From the NCBI GenBank assembly GCA_029260825.1, contig JAJDCM010000059.1, positions 13,098 to 77,097 on the forward strand: 64,000 nucleotides of DNA, read 5' to 3'. Below the pieces are notes generated by a model. The model saw only the letters and a program-made list of their open reading frames with translations. It did not search any database and had not been told where the DNA came from. The stretch comes from Planctomycetota bacterium. GTDB lineage: Bacteria; Planctomycetota; JACOTG01; JAJDCM01. This document shows, one piece after another, positions 28,497-37,215 of this stretch. Made by a program: the position numbers and the translations under genes. How positions within the stretch are numbered: position 1 is the stretch's first letter; every line of letters starts with the position of its first letter.

Positions 28497-30202
28497 TTCA
28501 CCGTTTCGTTCTCGGATTCCTTTGCGCCCTACTCCATGTTTCCGCTGGAGCTGCCCATCCGATTTCCGTGAGCTTTGCTCGGTTTGATATCGCAGACGGA
28601 GAGGCAACAGGATCGATCGAAATCCTTGTCGAAGACCTCGTCCTCTTTCAAGGCCTCGAGCCAGAATCCAACGAATGCCTCTCTGCACCTCAGATCGACG
28701 CCGCTGCAAAAAAACACGGGAGCTTTCTCCGGCAGTATCTGACCTTGCGAAATCAAGAAGGGAAACTCTTTCCCCTTGAAGTCGTCGAAGTATCTCTTCC
28801 AGTTGTTCCCGGTACTGGAATCCCCATGACTGACCTCATGAGCTATTCGGTTACCTATCGGGTCAGCGCCTCTCTTGGGAACACTCAACCCAGCTTCCTC
28901 ACATTTCGCCAGAATTTCGGTGGAGAGTCCGTCGGCATCCCGGCCATGATGGAGCTCACTCTTTCACTCCCGGGTGATCTAGAGCCACGCTCCAAAGTTA
29001 CGATGCCAAAAGGAGCGCCCTACACCATATCCCTCACCGAAGATGAGGAAGACGAGCAACAATTCGGACTCCACGCCTACGACCGCGCGTACTCATTTCT
29101 CTATCTTGAACGCGACGAAGTCCGACATGAGATTCTGTTCCCTCTTCATTCTCTCGAGACATGGATCACTCTTTCACGAGAGGATGAACTCTATCTTGAA
29201 GTCCCCGAGCAAGAAGCAGCACGGCACTCCCTCCAGGAATTCTTCGCGGAGAAGAATCCGGTTCTCGTGAATCAATCCAAGGCTCCACCCGTAGTCCAAA
29301 ACATTTCGTTCTTTGACCTGGAAGTGCGTGACTTTGCTCGCGACCCGGATCCAAAGCGCGTCTCCGCAGAAAGCGCAAGAATTGGAATCATTCTCTCCTA
29401 CAAAAGCGAGGCCCCCATCCAGGATGTTCAAGTCACCTGGGAGCTTTTCTCCGGCTCCATGGATCGCATGACAACCACCATCATCAGCCCCAAAGAAACA
29501 CACCTTCACCAGTTTCGCCGACTTCAACCCACTTACAAGTGGACCCGGGAATCACCGATCCTGAAAGACCGGTTCCACCTCCACCCTGCCAGTCCGACAA
29601 GAGGTCGATCGTTCCCCGTCGTCTCATGCCTCGCCGCGTTTGGCTTCCTGTGCGTTGGTCTGATTTCAGCTGCGAAGAAACACCTGGGACCAACTTCCGT
29701 GGTACTCCTGGTTCTGATTCTCGGCACAGCAATCTATGCCTGGCCAGCCCCATCGCTCCGTCTTTCTTCAGGCGACACAAATGAAATCCTGTCCCGCCTC
29801 CTCAAGCATGTCTATCGGGCAGTGGGCCTGGCCAGTGAGAGCGAAGCGTACGACGCTCTTTCTCTCGCCGTCTCCAAAGAGATCCAGGAAGATCTTTACC
29901 TCCAGCTTCGACAAGGACTCGTGCTCGAAGAGGAAGGGGGCCCGGCCTCACGGGTTCAGGAAGTACGGGTGTCCAGAATCCATGATGGAATGACATCCAC
30001 AAGCACGGAACTGAATCTTGGCTGCACCTGGGAAGCGGAAGGAGAAGTCGAACACTGGGGGCACATCCACCGTCGATCAAACGAATACACCGCAACATTG
30101 ATCCTCTCCTGTGACGACGGGGCATGGAGAATCAAATCGATTGATGTTCAAGAGCAGTTGCGCTTCGACCACGGGGCCCGGGTAAGGAGTGCTGCACGAT
30201 AG
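28493..30202 (+). CDS. Hypothetical signal-peptide/membrane protein co-transcribed with the mannosidase
   Basis: ATGA overlap with the upstream stop. Signal peptide MIHRFVLGFLCALLHVSAGAA. Two internal hydrophobic helices (FPVVSCLAAFGFLCVGLISAA; VVLLVLILGTAIYAW). Confidence 0.6.
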   Translation: MIHRFVLGFLCALLHVSAGAAHPISVSFARFDIADGEATGSIEILVEDLVLFQGLEPESNECLSAPQIDAAAKKHGSFLRQYLTLRNQEGKLFPLEVVEVSLPVVPGTGIPMTDLMSYSVTYRVSASLGNTQPSFLTFRQNFGGESVGIPAMMELTLSLPGDLEPRSKVTMPKGAPYTISLTEDEEDEQQFGLHAYDRAYSFLYLERDEVRHEILFPLHSLETWITLSREDELYLEVPEQEAARHSLQEFFAEKNPVLVNQSKAPPVVQNISFFDLEVRDFARDPDPKRVSAESARIGIILSYKSEAPIQDVQVTWELFSGSMDRMTTTIISPKETHLHQFRRLQPTYKWTRESPILKDRFHLHPASPTRGRSFPVVSCLAAFGFLCVGLISAAKKHLGPTSVVLLVLILGTAIYAWPAPSLRLSSGDTNEILSRLLKHVYRAVGLASESEAYDALSLAVSKEIQEDLYLQLRQGLVLEEEGGPASRVQEVRVSRIHDGMTSTSTELNLGCTWEAEGEVEHWGHIHRRSNEYTATLILSCDDGAWRIKSIDVQEQLRFDHGARVRSAAR

Positions 30203-30213
30203 GAGCACTTCCC

Positions 30214-30259
30214 AAAAAAAACAGGCCCGAACCTGCAATCCCTTGCAAGCCCGGGCCTG
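30214..30259 (-). terminator. Rho-independent terminator (likely bidirectional) between convergent genes
   Basis: Stem caggcccg (30222-30229) / cgggcctg (30252-30259) flanking a loop. Preceded on the plus strand by aaaaaaaa (30214-30221), which is a U-tract for the minus-strand nuclease gene. Confidence 0.6.
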
Positions 30260-30286
30260 GTATCTTCCTGAAAACAAATCTTCTGG

Positions 30287-32476
30287 CTAGTTCTGAATCA
30301 AGACCTCAACACCATTCGTGATCGAGACCCTTCTACCACTCGTATCACTGTTGTCCCGGGTTACCCCCTGGAGCCAGAGTCGTTCGCCCGCAAGGAACAA
30401 TCCCGATGGGAAAGTCATGATGATTGCAGGCGCCTGGTTGCCCGTTGCCTCAGCGGTTGCACAAAGCACCGCATTGCAGCGACCCGGGATCGTCTTTGCC
30501 GAATAGGCAGGACAGGGATTGCAAGTCGAACTCAAAGGATTGAGACACATGGGGCCGAGCCCAAAGGGAAGCTCGACCGGCGCCGCGGAACCGGGCGCTT
30601 CATTCCAGCCCCAGATCGCGTAGTTCGGCGCTACCGGGCCACCGATCCCCGCATCGAGGAACACATCAATGACATCCAGTCGGGAGATCGACGCGACTCG
30701 TTTCGGCCCAAGGCCCGAGCTCCCGTTCACGGTGAGAACCCGCTCGGGACTTCTTCCCGCATCTTCACCCACATTCCCCGCCCGGCAAGCATCGCCAAAG
30801 TCAGGAAGGAACGTCTGGTTCACGTTGATGAGATCGTAGGTGCTCGACACATTGGCTGCCCAGGTAAAGTCGTCGTACTTGGAACCCGACCCCATGAGTT
30901 GCAGCGACACCCCGATGGGGGTGGTCCCGGTTTCGACAACACCGACATCCACGGAAGTCATTCCCGATGCCGGCCCACCGACTGCGGCCATGGTTCCTTC
31001 ATAGCTCAAAAACTGGACCACGTTCTGTTGATTGTCGACCAGAGCCATGCCATCCGGACCACCGTTTTGCAGTCCGAGCACGGGGAAGAAGGATGTGCCA
31101 AAGCCATTCTGCTGGTCGGGAAGAACACCGCTCAAGGGAATCGTGGAGTATTGAGCCCCACCATTGCCGTTATAGCCCACCAAGCTCCAGCCCGAAAGAT
31201 TCAGGCCACTTGGTCCGGCGATTTCGATCCCCTCGTTAGCATCCGTTCCCGAATTGTCGTAGTGGAACTCATTGATCCAGGGTTGACCCGCAGACCCGGG
31301 ACAGGGGATCATCCCTGTGGGTTCACCCAAGACTTCAGCGCTCGGCCCACTCTCGTTGTTCGAGATATCAACGGCAGTCACGTAGTAGAAATACTGGGCA
31401 AGATTCTCTGCGCTCGAATCCACATAGGTACTTGGGCCAACAAGACCGGCGTTCAGCTTGACGTATCCCTCACCCTCATCTCGATACACGTTGTAACCAA
31501 GCAGATCGGGCTCGACGTTATCGTCCCAATCCAGGGTCAGAGAACAATCCCCGCCCATGGTGAGCAGGCTCATGGGCTCGACCGGAGGAATCATGTCTCC
31601 GCCCGAGCAAGACCAGATCTCACAGACCCACTCGGGGTGATCGATGAAAGGATTACGATTCCCCTGGAATCCGAAAACAGCATCGTTCCGATCCCGCTCC
31701 CAGTCATCGACGGGATCTTCCGCATTCCAATCAAGAAGAGTGTCGAGAATCCCCATGTAGGCAGGAGAGAAGTTACTCGATGAGTTGGATTGGATGAGGT
31801 TTCGATCGTTCGTCAGAATGAGGTCCGGTTCGACGCAACCCGTATTTCCGTGGGTTCCCCCCTCATAGCGCACAGCCATGTAAAACATGGCTCGAGCAAC
31901 ATCGCCTCGGCGCTCGATCCAGACTTCCCAGGCCCCGGTATTTCCGGCGCCGGACCCACGGTTCACTTCAGGTGAGCCATCCACCGGATAATCAGTACAC
32001 GCAGCGACGCACTCGTCATAGACCCGATTTCCGCGTGCCGAGTTGTAATTCCAGAAAGCGGCAAAGAGCTGATGGCAATCCGTGTAGGCGGAATTACAGC
32101 CACCGTCCTGAGAGAATCCATAGGAATTCGGCCACGAATGCTCCCGATTCCAGCCCACTCCAGCGGTGTGGTTATTCTCATCAAAGGACTCGTTCTTGTA
32201 GACACTGACCACACGAGTCATGTCCAGCGGATCCTCGTCAGCAGCAGACACGATGTCCCACGTATCCGTCGATCCACTGGTGTAGGGAAATCGCGTATGA
32301 TCATCGATGATGGCATGAACGGCGTTTCGCAAAGCCGTGCCGCTCAGACCCGTCGCCGAGTCGTAGTAGCCCGGTGGAGGATCCGCCGTCGCCGGAGTAG
32401 CAGTCCACACAAGTGATGAAAAAGCGAGAATGGAGAGAGAGCCTCTCCACCCATGGGTGGTTTTTAAGTGACGCAT
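30287..32476 (-). CDS. Secreted extracellular endonuclease I-family nuclease with lamin-tail domain, Fn3 domain and shared CTD
   Basis: Signal peptide MRHLKTTHGWRGSLSILAFSSLVWTATPATA. Endonuclease-I blocks PPPGYYDSATGLSG..L..L...I, NREHSWPNSYG and DCHQLFAAFWNYNSARGN. LTD-like block (SGTDANEGIEIAGPSGLNLSGWSLVGYNGNGG). Fn3-like block (GYNVYRDEGEGYV). C-terminal CTD ending RRVSITNGVEVLIQN. Confidence 0.8.
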   Translation of the reverse strand: MRHLKTTHGWRGSLSILAFSSLVWTATPATADPPPGYYDSATGLSGTALRNAVHAIIDDHTRFPYTSGSTDTWDIVSAADEDPLDMTRVVSVYKNESFDENNHTAGVGWNREHSWPNSYGFSQDGGCNSAYTDCHQLFAAFWNYNSARGNRVYDECVAACTDYPVDGSPEVNRGSGAGNTGAWEVWIERRGDVARAMFYMAVRYEGGTHGNTGCVEPDLILTNDRNLIQSNSSSNFSPAYMGILDTLLDWNAEDPVDDWERDRNDAVFGFQGNRNPFIDHPEWVCEIWSCSGGDMIPPVEPMSLLTMGGDCSLTLDWDDNVEPDLLGYNVYRDEGEGYVKLNAGLVGPSTYVDSSAENLAQYFYYVTAVDISNNESGPSAEVLGEPTGMIPCPGSAGQPWINEFHYDNSGTDANEGIEIAGPSGLNLSGWSLVGYNGNGGAQYSTIPLSGVLPDQQNGFGTSFFPVLGLQNGGPDGMALVDNQQNVVQFLSYEGTMAAVGGPASGMTSVDVGVVETGTTPIGVSLQLMGSGSKYDDFTWAANVSSTYDLINVNQTFLPDFGDACRAGNVGEDAGRSPERVLTVNGSSGLGPKRVASISRLDVIDVFLDAGIGGPVAPNYAIWGWNEAPGSAAPVELPFGLGPMCLNPLSSTCNPCPAYSAKTIPGRCNAVLCATAEATGNQAPAIIMTFPSGLFLAGERLWLQGVTRDNSDTSGRRVSITNGVEVLIQN
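30290..30760 (-). other. Shared C-terminal domain (CTD) instance 3 (most divergent)
   Basis: RVLTVNGSSGLGP...NYAIWGWNEAPG...GPMCLNPLSSTCNPCPAYSAKTIPGRCNAVLCAT...SGRRVSITNGVEVLIQN. Confidence 0.65.
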
Positions 32477-32651
32477 TGCCCCCCTCGAAACGACGATCCA
32501 CTGTCTAGGAAAACGGCATGAGTTACCGAACAAGCAGCGGCTATCCTAGTCCTTTTGTATCGTTATGGAAATGGGGAAAACGGGGGAAAGGGTGCTTCTG
32601 GCCCGGCTTTTGGGAAACCGTCACATGTCACGCAGGTAGGAGGAGTTGAAC

Positions 32652-33122
32652 ATGGGGACCGAGATTGAACGCAAATTCTTGATCAAAGACCCGAAATGGC
32701 GCCCAGATACTCCGGGAATCCATCTTCGGCAGGGCTACATCCTCGGCGATGCTGAAAAGGTCCTTCGCATCCGACTCATGGGAGATGAGGCCATTCTCTG
32801 TCTCAAGGCCCAGTTAAAGGGCATTGAGCGTCTTGAGTACGAGTATCCCATTCCTCTTGATGAAGCCACGGAGATGCTCGATCGGCTCTGCCAGCCCCCC
32901 CTCATCGAAAAAACCCGACACAAGATCCCCTATGAGGGAAATGTTTGGGAAATCGATGTTTTCGCGGGAGAAAATGAAGGCCTGATCGTCGCTGAAGTGG
33001 AACTCGATTCAGCGGACCAGGAGGTGAAATTGCCACCCTTTGTCGGCAAGGAAGTGTCAGAGGATCAGCGCTACTTCAACGCCAGCCTCGCCCGGACCCC
33101 ATACAGTCAGTGGAAGGACTAA
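32652..33122 (+). CDS. CYTH-domain protein (CyaB/ThTPase-like triphosphate tunnel metalloenzyme)
   Basis: aggagg RBS. Hallmark EIERKFL at the N-terminus, plus acidic tunnel residues (EYEYP, VAEVELD). Confidence 0.8.
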   Translation: MGTEIERKFLIKDPKWRPDTPGIHLRQGYILGDAEKVLRIRLMGDEAILCLKAQLKGIERLEYEYPIPLDEATEMLDRLCQPPLIEKTRHKIPYEGNVWEIDVFAGENEGLIVAEVELDSADQEVKLPPFVGKEVSEDQRYFNASLARTPYSQWKD

Positions 33123-33141
33123 GAACCACCCTCAAAGAAGT

Positions 33142-33450
33142 TTAGAAGTCTTTCCCCGCATAACGAGAAGGGTGCTTCAGCCGCCTGTCCAATCCTCGTA
33201 GGGCCAGTGCGGGCCCCGAATTCCGCCGATTCCAGTCAACACCGATCAAGTTGGCCGCAAGAAAAGTGAGCACGAGAAGCGGACCGATCTCATCCGCGTG
33301 ATGGGGTAGAGTCTCCACCAGAATCCCCGCGCAGACAAAGAAACAGAACGTCAGCATCGAGCTGGTGAGCACAAGCCGCCCCGCGAGTATTCGCTGGGCC
33401 TCATGGCGCTGGCGAAGACAATCGATAAGGTCTTTGGGATCACTTTTCAT
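33142..33450 (-). CDS. Small hypothetical membrane protein (2 TM)
   Basis: 102-aa ORF with two hydrophobic helices. It sits in a gap between plus-strand genes. Unsupported by homology. Confidence 0.3.
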   Translation of the reverse strand: MKSDPKDLIDCLRQRHEAQRILAGRLVLTSSMLTFCFFVCAGILVETLPHHADEIGPLLVLTFLAANLIGVDWNRRNSGPALALRGLDRRLKHPSRYAGKDF

Positions 33451-33695
33451 AAAAGTAGATACGTCTCTTGAATCGATGATTCCGTATTTTCCTTCTAGAG
33501 ACGCACTAGAGACGCATGAGGCCCGTCCTCCTTTCCTCAGAATCGGGAGGGTCCGAGGCGTTCATGCTAATCTCTTGTCAGAGGGCTACGCATCGGGATT
33601 CTGATCGGCAAGAAGCCTCAGAAGCCATGCTAGCAAGAACTTACGTCATCCAAGCCTCGGAAACCTCATCCGATAAATTGCGGGAGTGAAGAGCT

Positions 33696-35792
33696 ATGAC
33701 ACGATTCGTTTCTTCTCCAAGACGCCGCGGGACCCGGATTCGCAGGATCGGTCTCGGCATCCTTACGTTCGTTTTCACCTGGCTTCTTTTCGTTCCGGTT
33801 CAAGCCGATGCGCCGCTGACCACCGGAAACGCCGTCGCTGTTCTCTCCCCCTCAAAGAAACAGTCCTCGGTCACGGCGAACATCCTTCTCGAACTCAAGC
33901 GATCTCACTATCGCTCGGGCCTTCGGTTCAACGATGCGCTCTCCTCAAAACTCCTGGACAGCTATCTCGAAGGACTTGATCCCAGTCGTAGCTTCTTTCT
34001 TCAGTCCGATGTCGACCGGTTCGATTCGTTTCGTCACGAGCTTGACGATGCAATCAAGGAAGGAGACCTCGACCCGGCGTTCGAGATCTTCAACCTGTTT
34101 CAGGAACGACGGATCGAGAGGAATCAACACATCTCCTCGCGGCTTGAAGATGGCATCGGCAAGATCGATTTCACGGTCGATGAAAAGCTCGAGCTCGATC
34201 GAGACAAGAAGCCATGGCTGAGCTCTCAGTCCGAGCTGGAAGACCTCTGGCGCAAACAGTTCAAATACGACGTACTGAGCCTGAAGCTCGGCGAGAAAAC
34301 GGATGAGGAAATCACCAAGGTTCTTTCTCGTCGCTATGAAAACCAGCTGCGACGAATGCGCCAGACGAACACCAAGGATGTGTTCCTCACGTTCATGAAT
34401 ACTCTCACCATGAGCTACGACCCTCACACCCAGTACTTCCCGCCTCACGAATCAAAAAACTTTGACATCCGAATGAGCCTCTCGGTAGAGGGCATCGGAG
34501 CCCTTCTTCAGAGCGACCAGGACTACACCAAGATCGTTCGCATCATTCCCGGCGGCCCTGCGGAAGCAAGTGATCTCCTGAAAGCCGCCGATCGCATCCT
34601 GGCGGTCGGGCAGGACACAGAAGGTGAGATGGTTGATATTGTGGGCTGGAGAATCGACGAAGTTGTGGACCTGATTCGAGGCCCCAAGGGAAGCCAGGTT
34701 CGTCTTGAAATCCTCCCGGCCGGCATCTCTAGCCGAACCGAATCCAAGCTGATTCAACTCACCCGAGACAAGGTAAAACTCGAAGAACAGGAAGCACAAA
34801 AAAAGATCCTGACCCGCAAGAAGAACGGAAAAGACTACAAGGTCGGCGTGATCGAGCTTCCCGCGTTCTACATGGATTTCAAGGCCGCGCAGGCAGGCGA
34901 CCCCAATTACAAGAGCGGCACCCGAGACGTCCGAAAACTCATCGGCGAGCTCAAGAAAGAGAACGTTGACGCCCTCGTCCTCGATCTTCGGAACAATGGC
35001 GGTGGATCCCTTGTCGAGGCTCGAGAACTCACCGGCGCATTTCTCCGAACCGGGCCAGTGGTTCAAATTCGAGACTCGAACGGCTATCTCCAGATTCTTG
35101 CCGACGAGGACAAAAGCATCGCCTGGTCCGGACCTTTCGCCGTCCTCGTCAATCGGCTGAGTGCTTCTGCATCGGAGATCTTCGCCGGGGCCATTCAAGA
35201 CTATGGCCGGGGCATCGTGCTCGGAGGGCGCACCTTTGGAAAGGGAACCGTCCAGAATGTGAGACCACTCCGGGAAGGCGACATCAAGCTCACTCTCGCC
35301 AAATTCTATCGGGTCTCCGGAGGAAGCACCCAGAACCGAGGCATCACGCCTGACATTCCATTCCCGGACATCTACGACGAAGATGAAATCGGAGAAAGCT
35401 CTCTACCCGAAGCTCTTAAATGGGACAGCGTCGCATCCCTCGAAGTCAAGAAGGACAACTTCATCCCTTCCATCCTTCCAGCCCTTCGCCAGCTTCATGA
35501 TCGAAGAACCAAGAGCGATCCCGAATTCCAGTACATTCTCGATCGGGCGGAATTCAGCCGCAAGATGAGAGAAGACAACTCCATCTCCCTCAACACGGAA
35601 GGCCTGAAGGCCGAGCGAGCAAAGACCGAGGAAGATGCACTGAGAATCGAAAACAAGAAGAGAATTGGTCTCGGTCTTGAGCCGGTGAAGAAACTCGCCG
35701 ATCTTGAAGACCCGGACGCCGAAAAGAGAGATGATCCAGTGGTTGTCGAAAGTGCCGACATTCTTGTCGACCTGATGACGCTGGCAAAATAG
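33696..35792 (+). CDS. prc: Tail-specific (carboxy-terminal processing) protease, S41 family
   Basis: S41 blocks GVIELPAFY, ALVLDLRNNGGGSL, ASASEIFAGAIQDYGRGIVLGGRTFGKGTVQ. N-terminal TM/signal. Length ~700 aa is typical of Prc. Confidence 0.85.
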   Translation: MTRFVSSPRRRGTRIRRIGLGILTFVFTWLLFVPVQADAPLTTGNAVAVLSPSKKQSSVTANILLELKRSHYRSGLRFNDALSSKLLDSYLEGLDPSRSFFLQSDVDRFDSFRHELDDAIKEGDLDPAFEIFNLFQERRIERNQHISSRLEDGIGKIDFTVDEKLELDRDKKPWLSSQSELEDLWRKQFKYDVLSLKLGEKTDEEITKVLSRRYENQLRRMRQTNTKDVFLTFMNTLTMSYDPHTQYFPPHESKNFDIRMSLSVEGIGALLQSDQDYTKIVRIIPGGPAEASDLLKAADRILAVGQDTEGEMVDIVGWRIDEVVDLIRGPKGSQVRLEILPAGISSRTESKLIQLTRDKVKLEEQEAQKKILTRKKNGKDYKVGVIELPAFYMDFKAAQAGDPNYKSGTRDVRKLIGELKKENVDALVLDLRNNGGGSLVEARELTGAFLRTGPVVQIRDSNGYLQILADEDKSIAWSGPFAVLVNRLSASASEIFAGAIQDYGRGIVLGGRTFGKGTVQNVRPLREGDIKLTLAKFYRVSGGSTQNRGITPDIPFPDIYDEDEIGESSLPEALKWDSVASLEVKKDNFIPSILPALRQLHDRRTKSDPEFQYILDRAEFSRKMREDNSISLNTEGLKAERAKTEEDALRIENKKRIGLGLEPVKKLADLEDPDAEKRDDPVVVESADILVDLMTLAK

Positions 35793-35821
35793 GGCGACCC
35801 AACGCAAAGCAACCTCTTCAA

Positions 35822-35855
35822 GCCGCCGAGGGCTCGGCTCTCGGCGGCTTTTTTC
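35822..35855 (+). terminator. Rho-independent terminator after prc
   Basis: gccgccgag (35822-35830) / ctcggcggc (35840-35848) hairpin followed by ttttttt. Confidence 0.7.
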
Positions 35856-35958
35856 GTGGAACAGAACTCAGCCGCCACTTCTCCTCGCATCAATCCAAGG
35901 GAAAGAGCCCGAGTTCGGACTTGCTTTTTTCGGGTCGCCGTGCCGAAATCTAGGAATC

Positions 35959-37104
35959 ATGGCCACAGCTCTATCCACCAAAAAGAAGCTCGTCTTCTCG
36001 ATCATCATGCTTTTTGTTGTTTTCGGGTCCGCAGAAGTTCTCTTGCGGATCGGGGGATTCTCCTACAACCCCTTCCCCTCTCCGATCATCCTCTGGAACA
36101 CCCGGCAGGATAAACTCCTACGGGGTGGTCAGAGCCTGCACCAGGTCGATGCCAGCACTCTCTGGTCCCCGAGGCCGGCGGCGGTGGTTCCGTGGAACCC
36201 GGACGAGAAAGTCAATGAAGGTGGATTTCGCGGTGACCTCGTTCCGGTTGAGAAGCCTCCAGGAACCTTTCGAGTGGCAACCTTCGGGGACTCGTCCACC
36301 TTTGGACTCGGAGTTACCGACAAAGAATGCTGGTCTCACCAGCTCCAAAAAGCCCTGACACAACAACACCCGGAGAAGAAGATCGAAGTCATCAATGCCG
36401 GGGTTGTTGGGTTCACGATCGTTCAGGGCTACAAGAGGTTTGAAAACCTCGTTGCTCCCTATGATCCGGACCTCATCGTCCTGGCATTCGGGGCGGTCAA
36501 CGAGCATTTTCCCGCGATCAAAACAGATGATGAGAAGATCCAGATCAGCCTCTCTTCAGAGGGAAGCAAGACCCGCCTCTTACAGGGCCTTGTCCTGGCG
36601 CTTCGCACCTCCCAGCTCGTCTTCTTCATCAAGGACACCATCCAGAAGAATCGAGTCGATTCCTCCGGCATCAAGCGCGACCACAAACGTGACGCCAATC
36701 GTGAACACAAGAAGTACTCGGATGGGGAGGAGTATCAGCGAAGAGTCACATCCGAGGAGTTCGCCACGTGGACGAAAAGATTTGTGGATGAAGCAAAATC
36801 TCGCGACACTTCCATCGCTTTCCTCTCCTTCCCTCGCCGGGAACGGACAGAGGAAAAGCTCACTTACCTGTTGAACTACACCAGGACCCTCGCCTCCGTC
36901 GCTGCAGCTGAAAAGGTCACTTTGGTCGACGCAAGGCAGTATTTTCGGGACATACTCGAAGGCAAGCTCAAGGCCCCCCCCGATGTAAAGGTCGAAGACG
37001 ACCTCTTCGTGGACGAGCATCACCCCACCCCCATCGGCCACGAAATCATCGCCAACCTCATCGTCCAGTCACTAACAGCCCAGGACACACTCTCGGCGCA
37101 ATAA
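35959..37104 (+). CDS. SGNH/GDSL-family hydrolase (esterase/lipase) with N-terminal TM anchor
   Basis: GDS(L) block ATFGDSSTFG. Catalytic DxxH block DEHHPTPIGHEIIA. N-terminal hydrophobic helix. Confidence 0.75.
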   Translation: MATALSTKKKLVFSIIMLFVVFGSAEVLLRIGGFSYNPFPSPIILWNTRQDKLLRGGQSLHQVDASTLWSPRPAAVVPWNPDEKVNEGGFRGDLVPVEKPPGTFRVATFGDSSTFGLGVTDKECWSHQLQKALTQQHPEKKIEVINAGVVGFTIVQGYKRFENLVAPYDPDLIVLAFGAVNEHFPAIKTDDEKIQISLSSEGSKTRLLQGLVLALRTSQLVFFIKDTIQKNRVDSSGIKRDHKRDANREHKKYSDGEEYQRRVTSEEFATWTKRFVDEAKSRDTSIAFLSFPRRERTEEKLTYLLNYTRTLASVAAAEKVTLVDARQYFRDILEGKLKAPPDVKVEDDLFVDEHHPTPIGHEIIANLIVQSLTAQDTLSAQ

Positions 37105-37215
37105 GTTTCCTGGTCGCGTACCGCTCCTTCTCCCCTCCTACTCTCCATCTTCTCCCCATGTTTTTTGCCGTCCAGTTGAAGTCAAAATCGGTAGCGTGTC
37201 GTATCCTAAGAAGAC

